From NCBI GenBank assembly GCA_964187785.1, contig OZ076409.1:58902001-58966000 (forward strand): DNA of 64,000 nt, given 5' to 3'. The DNA is from Amphiscolops sp. MND2022 (Eukaryota). The position numbers were made by a program, and so were the translations under genes. Below the pieces are notes generated by a model that was given only the letters and a program-made list of their open reading frames with translations, made no database searches and was not told the DNA's origin. Of this stretch, positions 1 through 12,569 are shown piece by piece. Position 1 is the first letter of the stretch, and each line of letters begins with the position of its first letter.

Positions 1-659
1 AACGAAATTGTCATTAAACTTCTTTAAAAAGTTTCCTGGCGACAAAATTAGGCTCTTTTCTGTCCCCATCCCCCCACTAAAAGTTTTATGGGAAATTAGT
101 GAAAATATTATAACAAATAGATTTGAATACAAACCAGAAAGCTTCAGTTTTAAACTTATTCTCAAGGTGATAGTTAAGGATTCTGATACAAACTTTGTTC
201 ACACTTTTTCCTTAGAAACAGAGAAGAACCCAATATTATTTTCGAACAATTTTACTAGTTTACTAACCATCTAATTGAATGTTTACAAACAATTCAAATG
301 ACTCAGAATATTCACAAAATAAACTTCCAAGAGCTCAGAATGAGATTTCATCTTTCGATATCAATAACTGAGAGAGATTGTTGAAATTTTGTCGAAACTG
401 AATGGCGTAAACTTTGTGAAGAGGGCTACTACGACCGGGAAAACCGAAGGATTGAGTATATTCCGATACTTAAAGACAATAAAAACACCTAAATATTGTT
501 ACCCGAACGGACCTCGCAACAGGGGTGTAAAATATTGTACTGGTTATTGGATTGCAGCTCACAATAACTTATTTTTATTGCGTGCGCACAAAAACCAATA
601 ATTGTTTCAATAACTTGACTTATTTAAAGCAAACATAAATTATTGATCAACATCAAAAC

Positions 660-1508
660 TTATTGCTTATCATCGACATCAGAAACTAGTTTTGAGTCCC
701 AGAACTCCTGGTTGAATTTCAGGAAAATTTGCGCTTCCACGTTAACAGGAGTCGTTTTCTTTGATAATCGGTAAAAACGGACGACACTAAATAGTTGCTC
801 AGGCGGGATGGATGATGTCTTAATCCATTGAAGACCAGACGACTGGATTTCTGTAGTCGCACTTTTCCCCAATTTTTGTTGCGACAATGAATTTTTGTAG
901 ACAGAACTCGGTGAAACAATAGTAGATGCTAGAGCAAAAAGCTTTTGCAAGAGCACTTCCTCTTGAGCGGATAATGCGACACCTCGAATATCTTTAGCAA
1001 TGGTTTTTTCGAAATCAGGATACCTTGATATTGAGTTTTCGGACAACCCAAGATAGTTGTTAAGTTGAAGATGAATTGCCAGAAGAGCGTCAAAGAGTGT
1101 TCTTGCTTGAGACAGATTTGTTGAATCACTTCCGGTACGTCCTGAAAACCTTTTTTGTGCGTTTTTTCAGTCGAAAAAAATAGGTAATTTCGTTGAAGTT
1201 CTTGGCGAGATCTTGCAAGATCGTACATATTCTTGGTGCTCTTCGGAAGATTCTTTACAAGCATTCCAGGAAACTGTAAGTTTCTTGGCAAGAGTTTCAA
1301 GATGTGTTACACTTGGTAGAGTTTTGGAAATCGATTCGAAATCCTTGAGTTTATATAGAAGTTTTTCAACTTGATCATCTTCGGCAGGCAAAAGCAATAA
1401 ATGTAGCATATCATGGTCACTGATAAAAAATTCTTTCAGCCGAAAATATCGCGTTAGCATACTGAATGTTGAACTCCAGCGTGTATCATTTTGATTCACA
1501 TGCCACAA
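660..1508 (-). pseudogene. hAT transposase C-terminal remnant, frameshifted and interrupted by a MITE end
   Basis: NDTRWSSTFSML (TRW motif); EQLFS...RKRLL..NVEAQIFLKFNQEFWD resembles the hAT dimerisation domain. Confidence 0.8.
1145..1316. mobile_element. Truncated right end of the MITE family seen whole at 57157-58003
   Basis: Matches ~57835-58003, including the terminus CAAGAGTTTCAAGATGT(G/T)TTACACT. Confidence 0.75.
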
Positions 1509-2433
1509 AGAAGTTTTTGTTTCTGCGTTTACCGTGAGGAAACAGTTTACTTGCTACTGGCGCCATTGCCCTACTTGCAGGTAGTGTAATGTAAACGTGG
1601 ATGTGACGCAAGGCAAAAAGAATGCGAATGAAATTTGTGAGTAAGTGTTTGTATGTTGTCGCATATGCAGATTAGCAGGTAGCCTTACATGTACGCTTGT
1701 ACATGTAAGTGTACGCGAGTGCGTTGTATCGATCTGCGCTGTGTGCGCGGTGGTTCATACGTTAAGGTCCTAAGTTGGCATAATACAGTGTATGACGCTG
1801 AAAATTTAATAAACGTCATTCAAAATTTCCACTGCTCGTTAACAGCTTGTTTTTGTTTGGTTAATTAAATAAAATAGACAATCAACTTTTCACAGAAAGC
1901 TATTCAAGATTATAGCAAGAATGAAAAGGCTGCTTCGCATAGCAGCGCTACAACTTTAAATCTTAATTACACGCTGCATACAAGCAATGTCTGCGGAGGG
2001 ATTATTAAAAATCGAAGTCAATTTTGAATTGTTGATTGTCTATTTAGAAAATTCAATCTTTCACCTGATTGGTTCCTAAATATTGATTGTCGTTTATTAA
2101 ATTTTCATCGTCATAAACTGTATTATTGAGTCATTGAAAACAATTATTGTTGCAATCAAAGGAATCATTGCTATTGAATTTTGGCCTAAAATAATTATTT
2201 TTGTTGTATTTATTGAAAATTAGTTATCAATAAATTGTTTATTTTACACCTCTGCCTCGCGAAGACATGCTCCGTTGTATTCACCTCAACAATGGCCAAA
2301 GTCGGCGCTCCGCTTAAGGCTAAAATGCAAATCTTTTAAATATGCTTTTATAGGTTTATTGACATTAGAGCGAAAATTTTCATTATTCTCGCAACACCAA
2401 AACCTAAACAAAGTGACATTTGTGACTCGCAAA

Positions 2434-2941
2434 CAGGGATGCCAAAGAACTTATCTTACATGCAATAATCTTTAAACATTTCTATCCGATTATCTATTGC
2501 ATGACACTATGAAATAAAGATTATGTATTTTTTGGATAGAGCAATACAGATTACCTATTTTAACATTGAGATAATTTTGATGCAACTGTCATGAAAAGTT
2601 TGGGAATTTGCAATGGGCACCTCCAACATCTAACAGGGCCGAAAGACTTTTTAGTCGAGCGAAAATGATGTTCCGAATGAGAGAAACAGAACAGCACCAA
2701 TGCACTTGGAAGAAAACTGCTTTTTACTCTTGAATAAGGAACTATGGGACGATCATACTGTGAATAGTATTGTTGGATCGAAATAAAACTTTGATCAGAT
2801 TATTTTTTGACTCTACAAAAGTATCTGAGATTATTATTTTTGGAATCATAAAATAAGATTATTTATGTGATATGAAGATCAAGATAAGATTATTTATTGC
2901 ATGATTACGATGGATATTCGATAATTATTTTGGCATCCCTG
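2434..2941 (+). mobile_element. Non-autonomous hAT element (508 bp) retaining a dimerisation-domain fragment
   Basis: 13-bp TIR CAGGGATGCCAAA/TTTGGCATCCCTG; perfect 8-bp TSD CTCGCAAA (2426-2433, 2942-2949); from 2614 it encodes WAPPTSNRAERLFSRAKMM, then after a frameshift ERNRTAPMHLEE..LLLNKELWD. Confidence 0.9.
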
Positions 2942-5258
2942 CTCGCAAAACGCTTTCCTTTGAAAGGAAACGTCAGAAAATCTAACATTATTGGGAAACG
3001 TTTATAAGAAAATTGTTTGGTCATCATTCTATCTCTGCAAGCATGGAATATTTCTGGTCCAGCGCAGGTTTTGAATCCACTTTCACTTGCTTCCCAGCCA
3101 TTCACGCTAACTACTACGCTAAGGAATAGCTGTGAGTCCCATATGAGGTGGTTCTAAAAATTGACAGTTTAGTGTGAGGCTAGAGAAAAACTAGTTGTTG
3201 TAATAGTCACATCTCGTTTCAAAAAAACCAGGTAAAATACATTCTAAAAACCCACAACTTCATGCGAAATCAGTTTGTACATCACATTACAACATAAATT
3301 ACAATCCCTGAAACATTGGAGACGTTAGGACGAGGGTCCTCAAAGAATTCATGCTATTTGTTTAAAAAAACTTTTTCTCCATTCTTTACTGAAGAAAATC
3401 GAGTATGTATGAACAATGAGTTACTGGCAATTTTCTCGACATGACGTGAGAAAAAACTTTTCAGCTCTGCCTAGACCTTTTCTTAACCATATTCTTACCA
3501 TATTTTGTCTTTTATTCTGTCCATTCTGTCCCATAGTCCAAAAACAGTTCGGCGGTACCATTGAGCATGACATCGAACTTTTGGTCATTTTCGAACACGG
3601 TCTCAGAATCTACATCGAAAGCAGCCTGTAGTTCAGTACCTATTTTTACAGTTGATGGTTTTCCATCCTTCATTGAAAATCATTCCCTGATCATGGAAAG
3701 ATATCAATGATTCTTGGATAATCATACATGAAAAGCCTTAGATTAAACCTCACTTTTTGATTTGTTTTACATAGAATCAGATGCTCGAAAAGCTTTCATT
3801 TGATCGGGTATTCGCAATGCTCTTATAAACACCACTATAAAAGAAAGTTTTTCTTAAAGTGGTGATCCGAAACTAGAATGTCAGTGTCTAAAAATGAAGG
3901 GTAAGGTATTTTGTGTCAAACTTTATTCGATGAAACATTATGATTTTGACTCAATAGCTTTTCCCAAAAAATTTTCGAAAAAGCTTGTTGCTCAATTCCA
4001 ATGCTATGACACACAGCTCGATAAGATAATGTTACTTTGCCATGATCTTATTGTTGAAGAACTTCGATTGGTCACAAAAATGAAATAATTTCATGATCTG
4101 TTCTGAATATTTTTTCAATTGAGAATCTATTCTCCCTGATTACTTTATACATGAGGTCAGTGTTGAAGAAATCTCTTCAATTAACATCAACGTGGGTTAC
4201 TTGGGCAAAAGAAACTTGCCCCCCTTCCCCAAAAAAAACGCCTGCCAAAGTTTTCTGATAAAAAATATATCGAGGGTTATACTCAAATCAGAGAACTGAC
4301 ATTTTAGTTTCAAATATTAATGTGAAATGAAACACCTGAAGCTTGCTACAGAATCTAGGTCATAGTCATTTTGGAAGTCTAGAGATGAAAATTTTTCATA
4401 GTACATCACTCTTAGAAGACGGAAATCTCCGTGAATCATCACTGTAAAAATAAAACATAAAATTTAGTGAAGTAGAATCACATATCGAATTTACCATCGG
4501 ATCAAATTTCAGCGAGAGTGTTGAATGATCTCTGTTCATAAAAATGCAACAACGCTTTTATGGTACTGGAATTTTTAACCGATTAAAGCTATATGTTATT
4601 GAAAACAAAGACATCCCCAATCCTAAGCAACATGCGGTTCCTCGCATATTCATGCATCAAACCATATGGTTTCATACAAAAACCTCATGCCGTTTCCATG
4701 CATGGAATTGTATGGATTCATGGCATAATTTATACATTTGCGTACTGGGTAACTGGAATAGAAACTGACAATTTGTACCGATGATCACAAAACAAAAAAC
4801 TTGCATCCGAAAAGCTCGGATGTTCAACTAAATTCAACTTTGACTATTCAGAAAACTTTCAACAAATAGAAATTGAGCTTACATCATGTTTTTAGTAACT
4901 TCATTATTGGAAATGTAAATAATACTGCCATAATCAATACGGCTAGATACACTGTGAAGATACCAGGATGAATAAGCATGCAGTTTTAACTGAAAAACTC
5001 AGGTGAAAAAGGTTTACCATGAAAAAAATCTGAGTTACATGAGAAATCCCAAACAAGGAAGCAAACTTTCCTTACACACTCTGTCAGTTGCACTAATTGT
5101 ACAGAATGCGACGCCTACAAAAATTTGTTGCAACGAAATCAAATGAAAAATATAACAAAACGTGTCCAAAAAAGATATAAAACATACCATTACGTAGAGA
5201 AAGGTCTTGGTTAACAATTACGTCGGATAACCTCTTTTTGCAACAACTAGCTATAATC

Positions 5259-5395
5259 GTCGCGGAATTTCGTGACGAAATTTCTGACGACGATATTTTT
5301 GACAACGATATTTCTGCATTTGCTAATATGACGAAGTTTCCTACGATGAAAAAATTCTGACGATGAAATTTCTGGCGACGAAATTTTCGCCTCCC
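5259..5395. repeat. Degenerate ~15-bp-period repeat (GACGAAATTT core), probably a MITE subterminal array
   Basis: Repeated GACGAAATTT/GACGATATTT/GATGAAATTT units. Confidence 0.55.
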
Positions 5396-7599
5396 GTGTA
5401 AAGATTGCAGTTTTGAGGTACAAAGTGACAAAGTTTTACTCCCGCTGGTTCCACAGTGCATAATCAGGCTGAATAATACGAAGTCTCTTTTTTGAACACT
5501 AAATAACAAGCAAAACGCAAACTTTAAAATAGCTATTATCTCTAGAAAAGTGATTTTAGTGAACTTCACTAAAATCATTTTTCTAGAGATAATAGCTAGA
5601 AGCGGCCTGATAGTTTTTTTGTATAGATGACCGGTCTTTCCGAAGACCGCTAATATCTTTAGTGAAACGCGAACATACCATGCCGCTCGTATTATGTGCT
5701 TGATGAAACATTTGAAATTGAGCCGTACGTACGAGCTTAAATTGATTGCACTATATTTTTGTTCTGGAAAATAGCTCAATAAAGACGGGATAATCTTTTT
5801 TGTCGATGGGAGTAGCTTTCGACTACGTTATCATAACTATAATCAGAATAATTGAGAGAGGTTCATATAACTCCATTCCATGCAACCTATGTTTCCATAC
5901 TTTTCCATGCAAAAAAAATTGCTAGTTGGTGGTTTACTTAACTGCAAATGGTTTCAATGAGATAATAACATTCACTTTTGCTCTTTTGCCCCATTTTTGA
6001 CGATCTATTTTGACACCATCAGCTCATTTTTTAGCACTATTTGATTATGTAAAATTCATGTTTTGCAACAAAACATGATTTGGCGTGCTTTTTGCTTTCA
6101 CAAGTAAAATTAAATAAAATCAAGCAGAAAAATGTAGCAAAATTTCAATGAATGTCAATCGTAAAATGTGAACGTTTATGTAGATGAAAAAAATATATAT
6201 CATCAGCTAATGTGCTCTGATGTACAAAATGTACTATATTAAAAGTGAAGCAGTAAAGTTACATTGTATTTTTAGGTTTTGAACTCAGTTGACATGAAGA
6301 TTTGAGGACTTTCGATGTAGTCACAATTTGTCTCCGGCGGGTTCGGCAAAACCAATTAGCCATAATTTTCAGTTTTTAATTGCTTTTAACTGCCATCTGA
6401 AAGATGAGACGTATGGACCACTAACCGTAATTTACCATGTTTAAAATTAGGGATTTACAAGTTTCTCTAAGAACCCTCTTAGAACAAAAAAACGTCAAAT
6501 GTTTTAGATGTCTAATTTATCATTTAATGAAACTTGCGTCATATGGTATAAAGAAACAAGGCAGCTTTATTGAAAACTAGAGGGAAGTTTGAAATTAGAC
6601 CTGACGGGGTACTTCAACTCCAATCTAGCTTGAAATTGGCATGCATAAACTAGAATGAAAACTGGGAAACTTAAAAATTGAAAAATGGAGGAGAAAATTT
6701 TTAAAAGCAATAAAACGAACTCAAGTTCAGCGCATGATGACATACCTTCAACGTTTTACGGGCCCCGAGACATTGTCATCGCATACCTTGTAACATTCCA
6801 TAAGTGAAAGTTCTTAGTTTCAATGTGTATTTGTATTAAACTTTTTCCTCATAGTTTCCGCCAGAAACTAAAGTTTGAACAATACCACCGCAACTGCACC
6901 AAGTGCTTTGGAAGCAAGGGTACATTAGTTTGAACCTCACTCAGGACCACACTTTTGTTATCATTTAATATTGACATCTACCTATAGCGTTTTCTGAAAT
7001 GAGTACACAACAAATACATAACAAGAAATTGCGCTAAATCTGATCTTTTGGTGTTGGAATATCGGCTCAATCTTTCGAAGTTTTGCAAACACAGGAATGA
7101 TTTGTGATATAAATACTTCATTTTCTTTGTTTTCCGAGACTATTTAACCTTTCGTTTTCCAGGAGCTCAAAATCTAACAAATAACAAACAGTGATGGCGA
7201 TATTATGTGCGCCTTACATGCATTGTAACCATAGATTGTTTCCGATGCAGCATCTGATCAACATTTTAGGTAACTCCAAACCGGTTAATTTGATGCTCAA
7301 AGATGACATGCACTTTATCAAAAATACAGATAATAATAAATATTTATTTATTTATCATGATTTCAGTACAAAAATATTCATTCTATATACATATATACAA
7401 TATTTAAATCCTGTCAATTCAAAAATACACACTGAGGGTACATGAAAAACATCAGCATATACAAAATAAACATGGGAAACTCAGACTTTGTCTAGAAATA
7501 ACCGAAAACAGACTTTTCCACATGTAACTGTCAGAATCTTAATTTTCCCCATTTGAAATGGCTCATTCTTCCACTTCGCTTGAGTAGGAAATAAAAAAG

Positions 7600-9090
7600 A
7601 TTCTGGAGAATCTGAAACCAAAACAAAGCACTGGTCATGCTGAGATCAGCATTGAAATTCTTAAATGCTGTTCGCCTATCATTGGAAAATATTTAACAAC
7701 TTGATTCAACAATTGTATAAAGGAGCGATTATTTTCGGAGAAAATGCAAATTGCTAAAATAATCCCATTCTTTCAAAATGGTGACAAAAATCAAACTGAA
7801 AATTATCCACCTATTAGCATTCTGACCGCATTGAGAAAACTTTCCAAAATAAGCTCTTCAAAAGAAAGTCAACGTTTGTTACCAAACACAAACATATGAG
7901 CCCTAAACAACTTGGTTTCGGAAAAAGTTGCAACTGCACAAATGCAATCACTGAAATAACTGAATATATAAGAAAAAAATTACAAAACGAAATCTATGTA
8001 ATATTTCTTCATTGATTTGAAAAAAGCATTTGACACTATAGATCATGAACTACTTTTGGCAAAACTGGAACTGCATGGATTCCGTGGACCCATTTTGCAT
8101 CTTATCCAAAACTATCTACAGAATCGCAATCAGTCTCTGTTTCATCAAGATAAAAACACTTCATTATCAACAGTAACAACCGGAGTGCCGCAGGGATCTT
8201 TTCTAGGCCCTTTTCTTTTCTTACTATGCATCAATGACTTACCGGACTGTATTCCAGAAAGTTCATGTGCACTGTTTGCTGACAATACCTCCCTGTACAA
8301 CTTCGGACATAAAGCAAAAGACAAAATTTGCAACAATGTTAAGATAGCAACAAGCTGGTCCAAAGACAATAAATTGATTATTAACAACGACAAATGTGAA
8401 TCATTAAGCTTTGGAACTAATGAATTTTTCCCATTTGAGGCGTTCGGCGCAGAAATTCGTTCGCAGTCTCATTGCAAGTACTTTCGGTTTATCTGGATGT
8501 TAAACTCACTTTCAAAGAAACACATAGAGCACGTAACAAAAAAACTGATTAATTTTTGTGGAATTGTACATAGGATCCTTGACCGTTTCTCGCAAAAAAG
8601 TCTTATCCCATTTTATTACGCTTTTGCTATCAACTATGGATCTCCCTTGAAAACGAACCTTGAGCCTATCGGTGAAGCAAAGAAGTTCCCGGGCTATTTT
8701 CTACAGACGACAATGGGACACCCTACAAGATACTTACACAAAACATAATATTTTTGAATGACTACGAAATGTTCATTGTCTAAGTGGTGAAACAGGTTGT
8801 CAAACAGTGTCACCTAGGGTATACCTTGATACAAGTTTAGCCGGTCATGACTACAACACTAGAAGAAAACAAAAAGGTCTCCTACTTTCTACATATAACA
8901 AAATGTTTCTAAAACAGCCACGTTTAACAAATGTACTCAGAAAAGCCTACCCTACCATGGCTGAGTTTACTCAATTTAATTCCTCCGGAACTGAGGAACC
9001 TTCCTGCGGAGCAAGTCAATAAAATTGTAAGAAACATACATTAAGTCTACATAATCGATAACAAGGAACTATTCGAACTCTTTTTCTAAT
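7600..9090 (+). mobile_element. 5'-truncated, decayed non-LTR retrotransposon (LINE, CR1/L2-like) RT region
   Basis: DLKKAFDTIDH, TGVPQGSFLGPFLFLL, LFADNT (degenerate YADD) in ORF 8017-8748; stops and frameshifts on both sides; boundaries approximate. Confidence 0.85.
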
Positions 9091-12000
9091 TCCACAAACC
9101 TGAAATTTCATTGAAAAAGAAAAAGCGATCTTTGTTGTTCACAGCAAATTGGTTCTCATGGGAAAAGCTCGACGAGCTGAAAAGCTCTTCTTTAGGCTTT
9201 TTCTGAAAATTAACTATTACATCTGGCTTATTTGGCTTATAGTGAAACTTGTGGAACCTCTATTCTTGAAACTGGCATGCATAAACTAGGATGAAAACTG
9301 AAAATTGAAAAAAGAAGGAGAAAACTTTTTAAAAGCAAAAAAAACGACCATCTTGGATCACGGAAGATGGCGTTTTTTCATTATTTAATTCTAGGGACCG
9401 AACGTTTTTGGTGGTCCTTGATTCATAAGGTAACGTTATTATGATGTTTTTGTCTCGAATTGTGTGTTTTCTTGATCTTCTCTTGGTAATTCTGTGTATT
9501 TTCAACTCGTTTTCTTGAGGACCTAAGAATAAAGACTCAGAAATTAAGACCTAGAGTTCCTCGAAGCCATTTTAGTGTGAAATAAACATTGTATTTGACG
9601 GCATATTTGTCGCCGATACTGACTGGAAGGTACTATGAAGAACTTCTCTAAAAAATCCGAAAAGATTACTTCTTGTGCAATTTGTTTTATGTTCTTCGTG
9701 TCCTTTTATCTTCACAAAACTGACTCAATAGGTTTTCCCGGCGGTATTAGCGTTCTTCGTTTGGTTTGCCTTACACATATGATTACAAATTTCTATTCTG
9801 CCAAAAACTTACAAATTTTAATCAGCGAAAAAGAAGTTTTCTAAAATTACCTCTTGAAGCTTTCATACGCTGTAAAAATGCCTTTTGTGAAATTTTCCCC
9901 CACCCAATTTTCATGATAAGACACTGTGTCATAAACGTTCATTTCTAGTTTTAACATCGAAGAAAGAGATTTTCAAACAAGTGTTTTCCCTGGATTTCCC
10001 TGCGGATAACTTTGAAATCGCGGGAATTTTATTGTAGCGTTTGTTTCAATAATCACTCTTGCATCTTAAAATTAGATCTCGAACAAAGGACAACTATACT
10101 GAGCAATTTTTGTGATCTTCTCTGCTACGTCTCATTTTGCTGTCGAATCTCTTTGTCACAGAATTTGCTAAAACTCGAATTGATTTGTGATTTCGAACAG
10201 TATGGCAAAATTGTTATCAACCGTCTTGAAACCAATCTGAAATGTTTAGATGTTGCTTGCTAATTTTCTAGAAACTTGCTTACTGAAATATGAAATACCT
10301 ATCAAAAGCTTATGCTTGAATTTTTGCCATCTAATATTAATGGCGGACAACTCACATTGGACCTTTCGGATGAGCTTTGGGTTTTAAAATATGCAACCAG
10401 AAATTCGCAAGGTTAACCGCCAAACTGCTAGTATTCTATGATTGGTAGTTAATACTTGAAACGAAAGGATGCGCTTAATCGACTTTGAGTGACAAAATTG
10501 ATAAATCTTTTCTAAATGAGTTGACGCTACTGGCACGTTTGCAAAAATTTTTTTCTGACAAAATCACATTCAATGTTGTCTTTTGAAAACAGTTTGCTGT
10601 TCAAAAAATTGTCCCATCAAAAAATTATTCTCAATTTTTAAACCGCATAAATTTTTGCATGCCCTACAAACCTTTCTTAACATCCATTCATTAAAATTTA
10701 TGTTCCTTGTCCAAAAGTCAAATAGAGGATTTTTATGTTGCCTCGGGCAATAATTTTATGAAAAGTAATTTTCTTCCTTATGTACTAATTGCACAAAAAA
10801 GAACAAGAAATTTGAATAATCACAAAAAAATTTCAAAAAATTGGTAGAAGAATTATGTTTATGGTAAAATTGTTTGCTTTTCGAAAGAACTCATTGTAAA
10901 ATAGATACGAGATCTTAAGAAGAGAACCGAGTTGGACAATTGTTCCTTAAGGAATGAACTGAAAGAGATTCGGTTCGAATTGAAATTAAGACCATTCTAG
11001 TTACCTTGGGGCCAAGAATACTAGCTCCTAAAATATAATATTCAATTATATTAAACGACTTGGTTTTCTCAAGAATTCCAGAACAATTTCAGAAAATAAC
11101 CTTGGAAAACTTCACAATCTATAGATGAATCTTCTCAGTTCGCTCAGCACAGAAACCACAACCAGTTGATTCCAAATAACATCAATTTTTGGATAAAGGG
11201 GTTTGAAAAACCAACAAGACGCCGCTGAGCTCTGGTTTCAATTTTCGCTACAAATTATTATAATTTATGGCATGAAACTTGAGCACACGAAAAGCTCGAA
11301 ACTTGATGATAAAATTTCAGCAGTTCAAAACTTTATACTACTTTTGGATAAATTCAAAATCTTTTTCTTGAAAAAAGTGTAAAATACTTCATGACCAAAA
11401 CTTGCAGAGGCGAACTTTTTTTAAAACTCTTTAAAAAAAGTGTGCTATGCACCTGTTTTTGTTTTCTTGTTTTTTTACTTAAGCCGTGTCTAAATTTTGA
11501 CTATGGCAAATTTAGCAAAAATGTAGCGAAAAAGGATGGGAAAGGTGTTTTCACTCATGAAAAATGGGCAGAAAACAACAAGAAACAATTCTCGACAAGT
11601 TTTCCGGTAAAAACATTTCTTGTAAGAACTTAGATCATGCATTTGTCAAAATATTGCCATTTTTTGTAACTCCTCGTTCAAGTTCCATATTATTCCATAC
11701 GTCACACTATATATAGTTTACCATTTAATAAATCTACGCTCTGTTCGTTCAATCTGTTCGTTTTTAAACTAATTGTGCCTTGATACCGTTCAACTTCACT
11801 CCCTATGGTAGATTCCCAAAAAACATAAAAGCAGATAACATGAAAACGAATTTAGTTTTATTCAAGTTTCCTCAACAAAAACGAATCTAGTTGGCCAAAG
11901 TTCTTCATTTTCTATGTTCGAAAAAGTCGCTATAGCGTATTTTTGATCGGAAAATAGAAACGTCCCCTGCATCTAGTGCCCTTGAGTCGAGAGCGAAGCG

Positions 12001-12569
12001 ACGTGGCATTACTTACCACTTCAGCGGCTCGTTTTGACAAAGGCTGAAGTGTAGACCTCGGAACGAGGAAGGTTGTGTCATACAACCAGGTTTGCTTTGA
12101 AAACGATAAATTTATGATAAATGAAACTCATTTTATTTTTATGCTACTTGCTCTTATACTGATTAGTACGTGAATCTCCTTATGATCAATTTTCGAAACT
12201 TCGAACTATGGCGTTTTTTCAACTAACTCAAAGTACTAGAGGATAAACTTTTGATTTCTAGTTAAATTGCACAGTTTCTGAAACTTTTTGCTGAAGTGTT
12301 TCATCATTCGTTTCAAAACTTTCCTTGAAATTTCTTGTGGTAGAGCCGGTGTATAAGTATCTACTTTCATAGTGTGCAAAACCATCGTGAGAATAGAGTT
12401 GATTTTGTATTTAGAAATAACATGCCAAATTACGTCGAAGTGGCGTTCTCAGCTAAACTGCTATAACCTCAACTTTATGCAAAGAACACAGTCTCGCACG
12501 ACACCTTCACTTCTTTTCAACTAAAATTCTTTCTCTGAGCTGTTCTCCGATTACATGGCGCTGCGAGCT

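Larger units (their letters stand above)
520..2254 (-). mobile_element. Defective hAT DNA transposon
   Basis: TIRs CAGGGGTGTAAAATA (520) / TATTTTACACCTCTG (to 2254); 8-bp TSD CCTCGCAA (512-519) / CCTCGCGA (2255-2262); transposase remnants inside. Confidence 0.85.

Noticed and set aside
389..480. FVKRATTTGKTEGLSIF, faintly like a Polinton/A32 packaging ATPase segment
   Set aside because: Too short; no Walker motifs or other Polinton genes seen.
5093..5779. 228-aa ORF
   Set aside because: Non-ATG start, low-complexity composition, crosses a repeat array; no recognisable domain.
6629..9346. ~85-bp direct repeat at 6629-6718 and 9266-9346 as LTRs or a TSD around the LINE
   Set aside because: No TG/CA ends and too long and distant for a TSD; more likely two fragments of a dispersed repeat.
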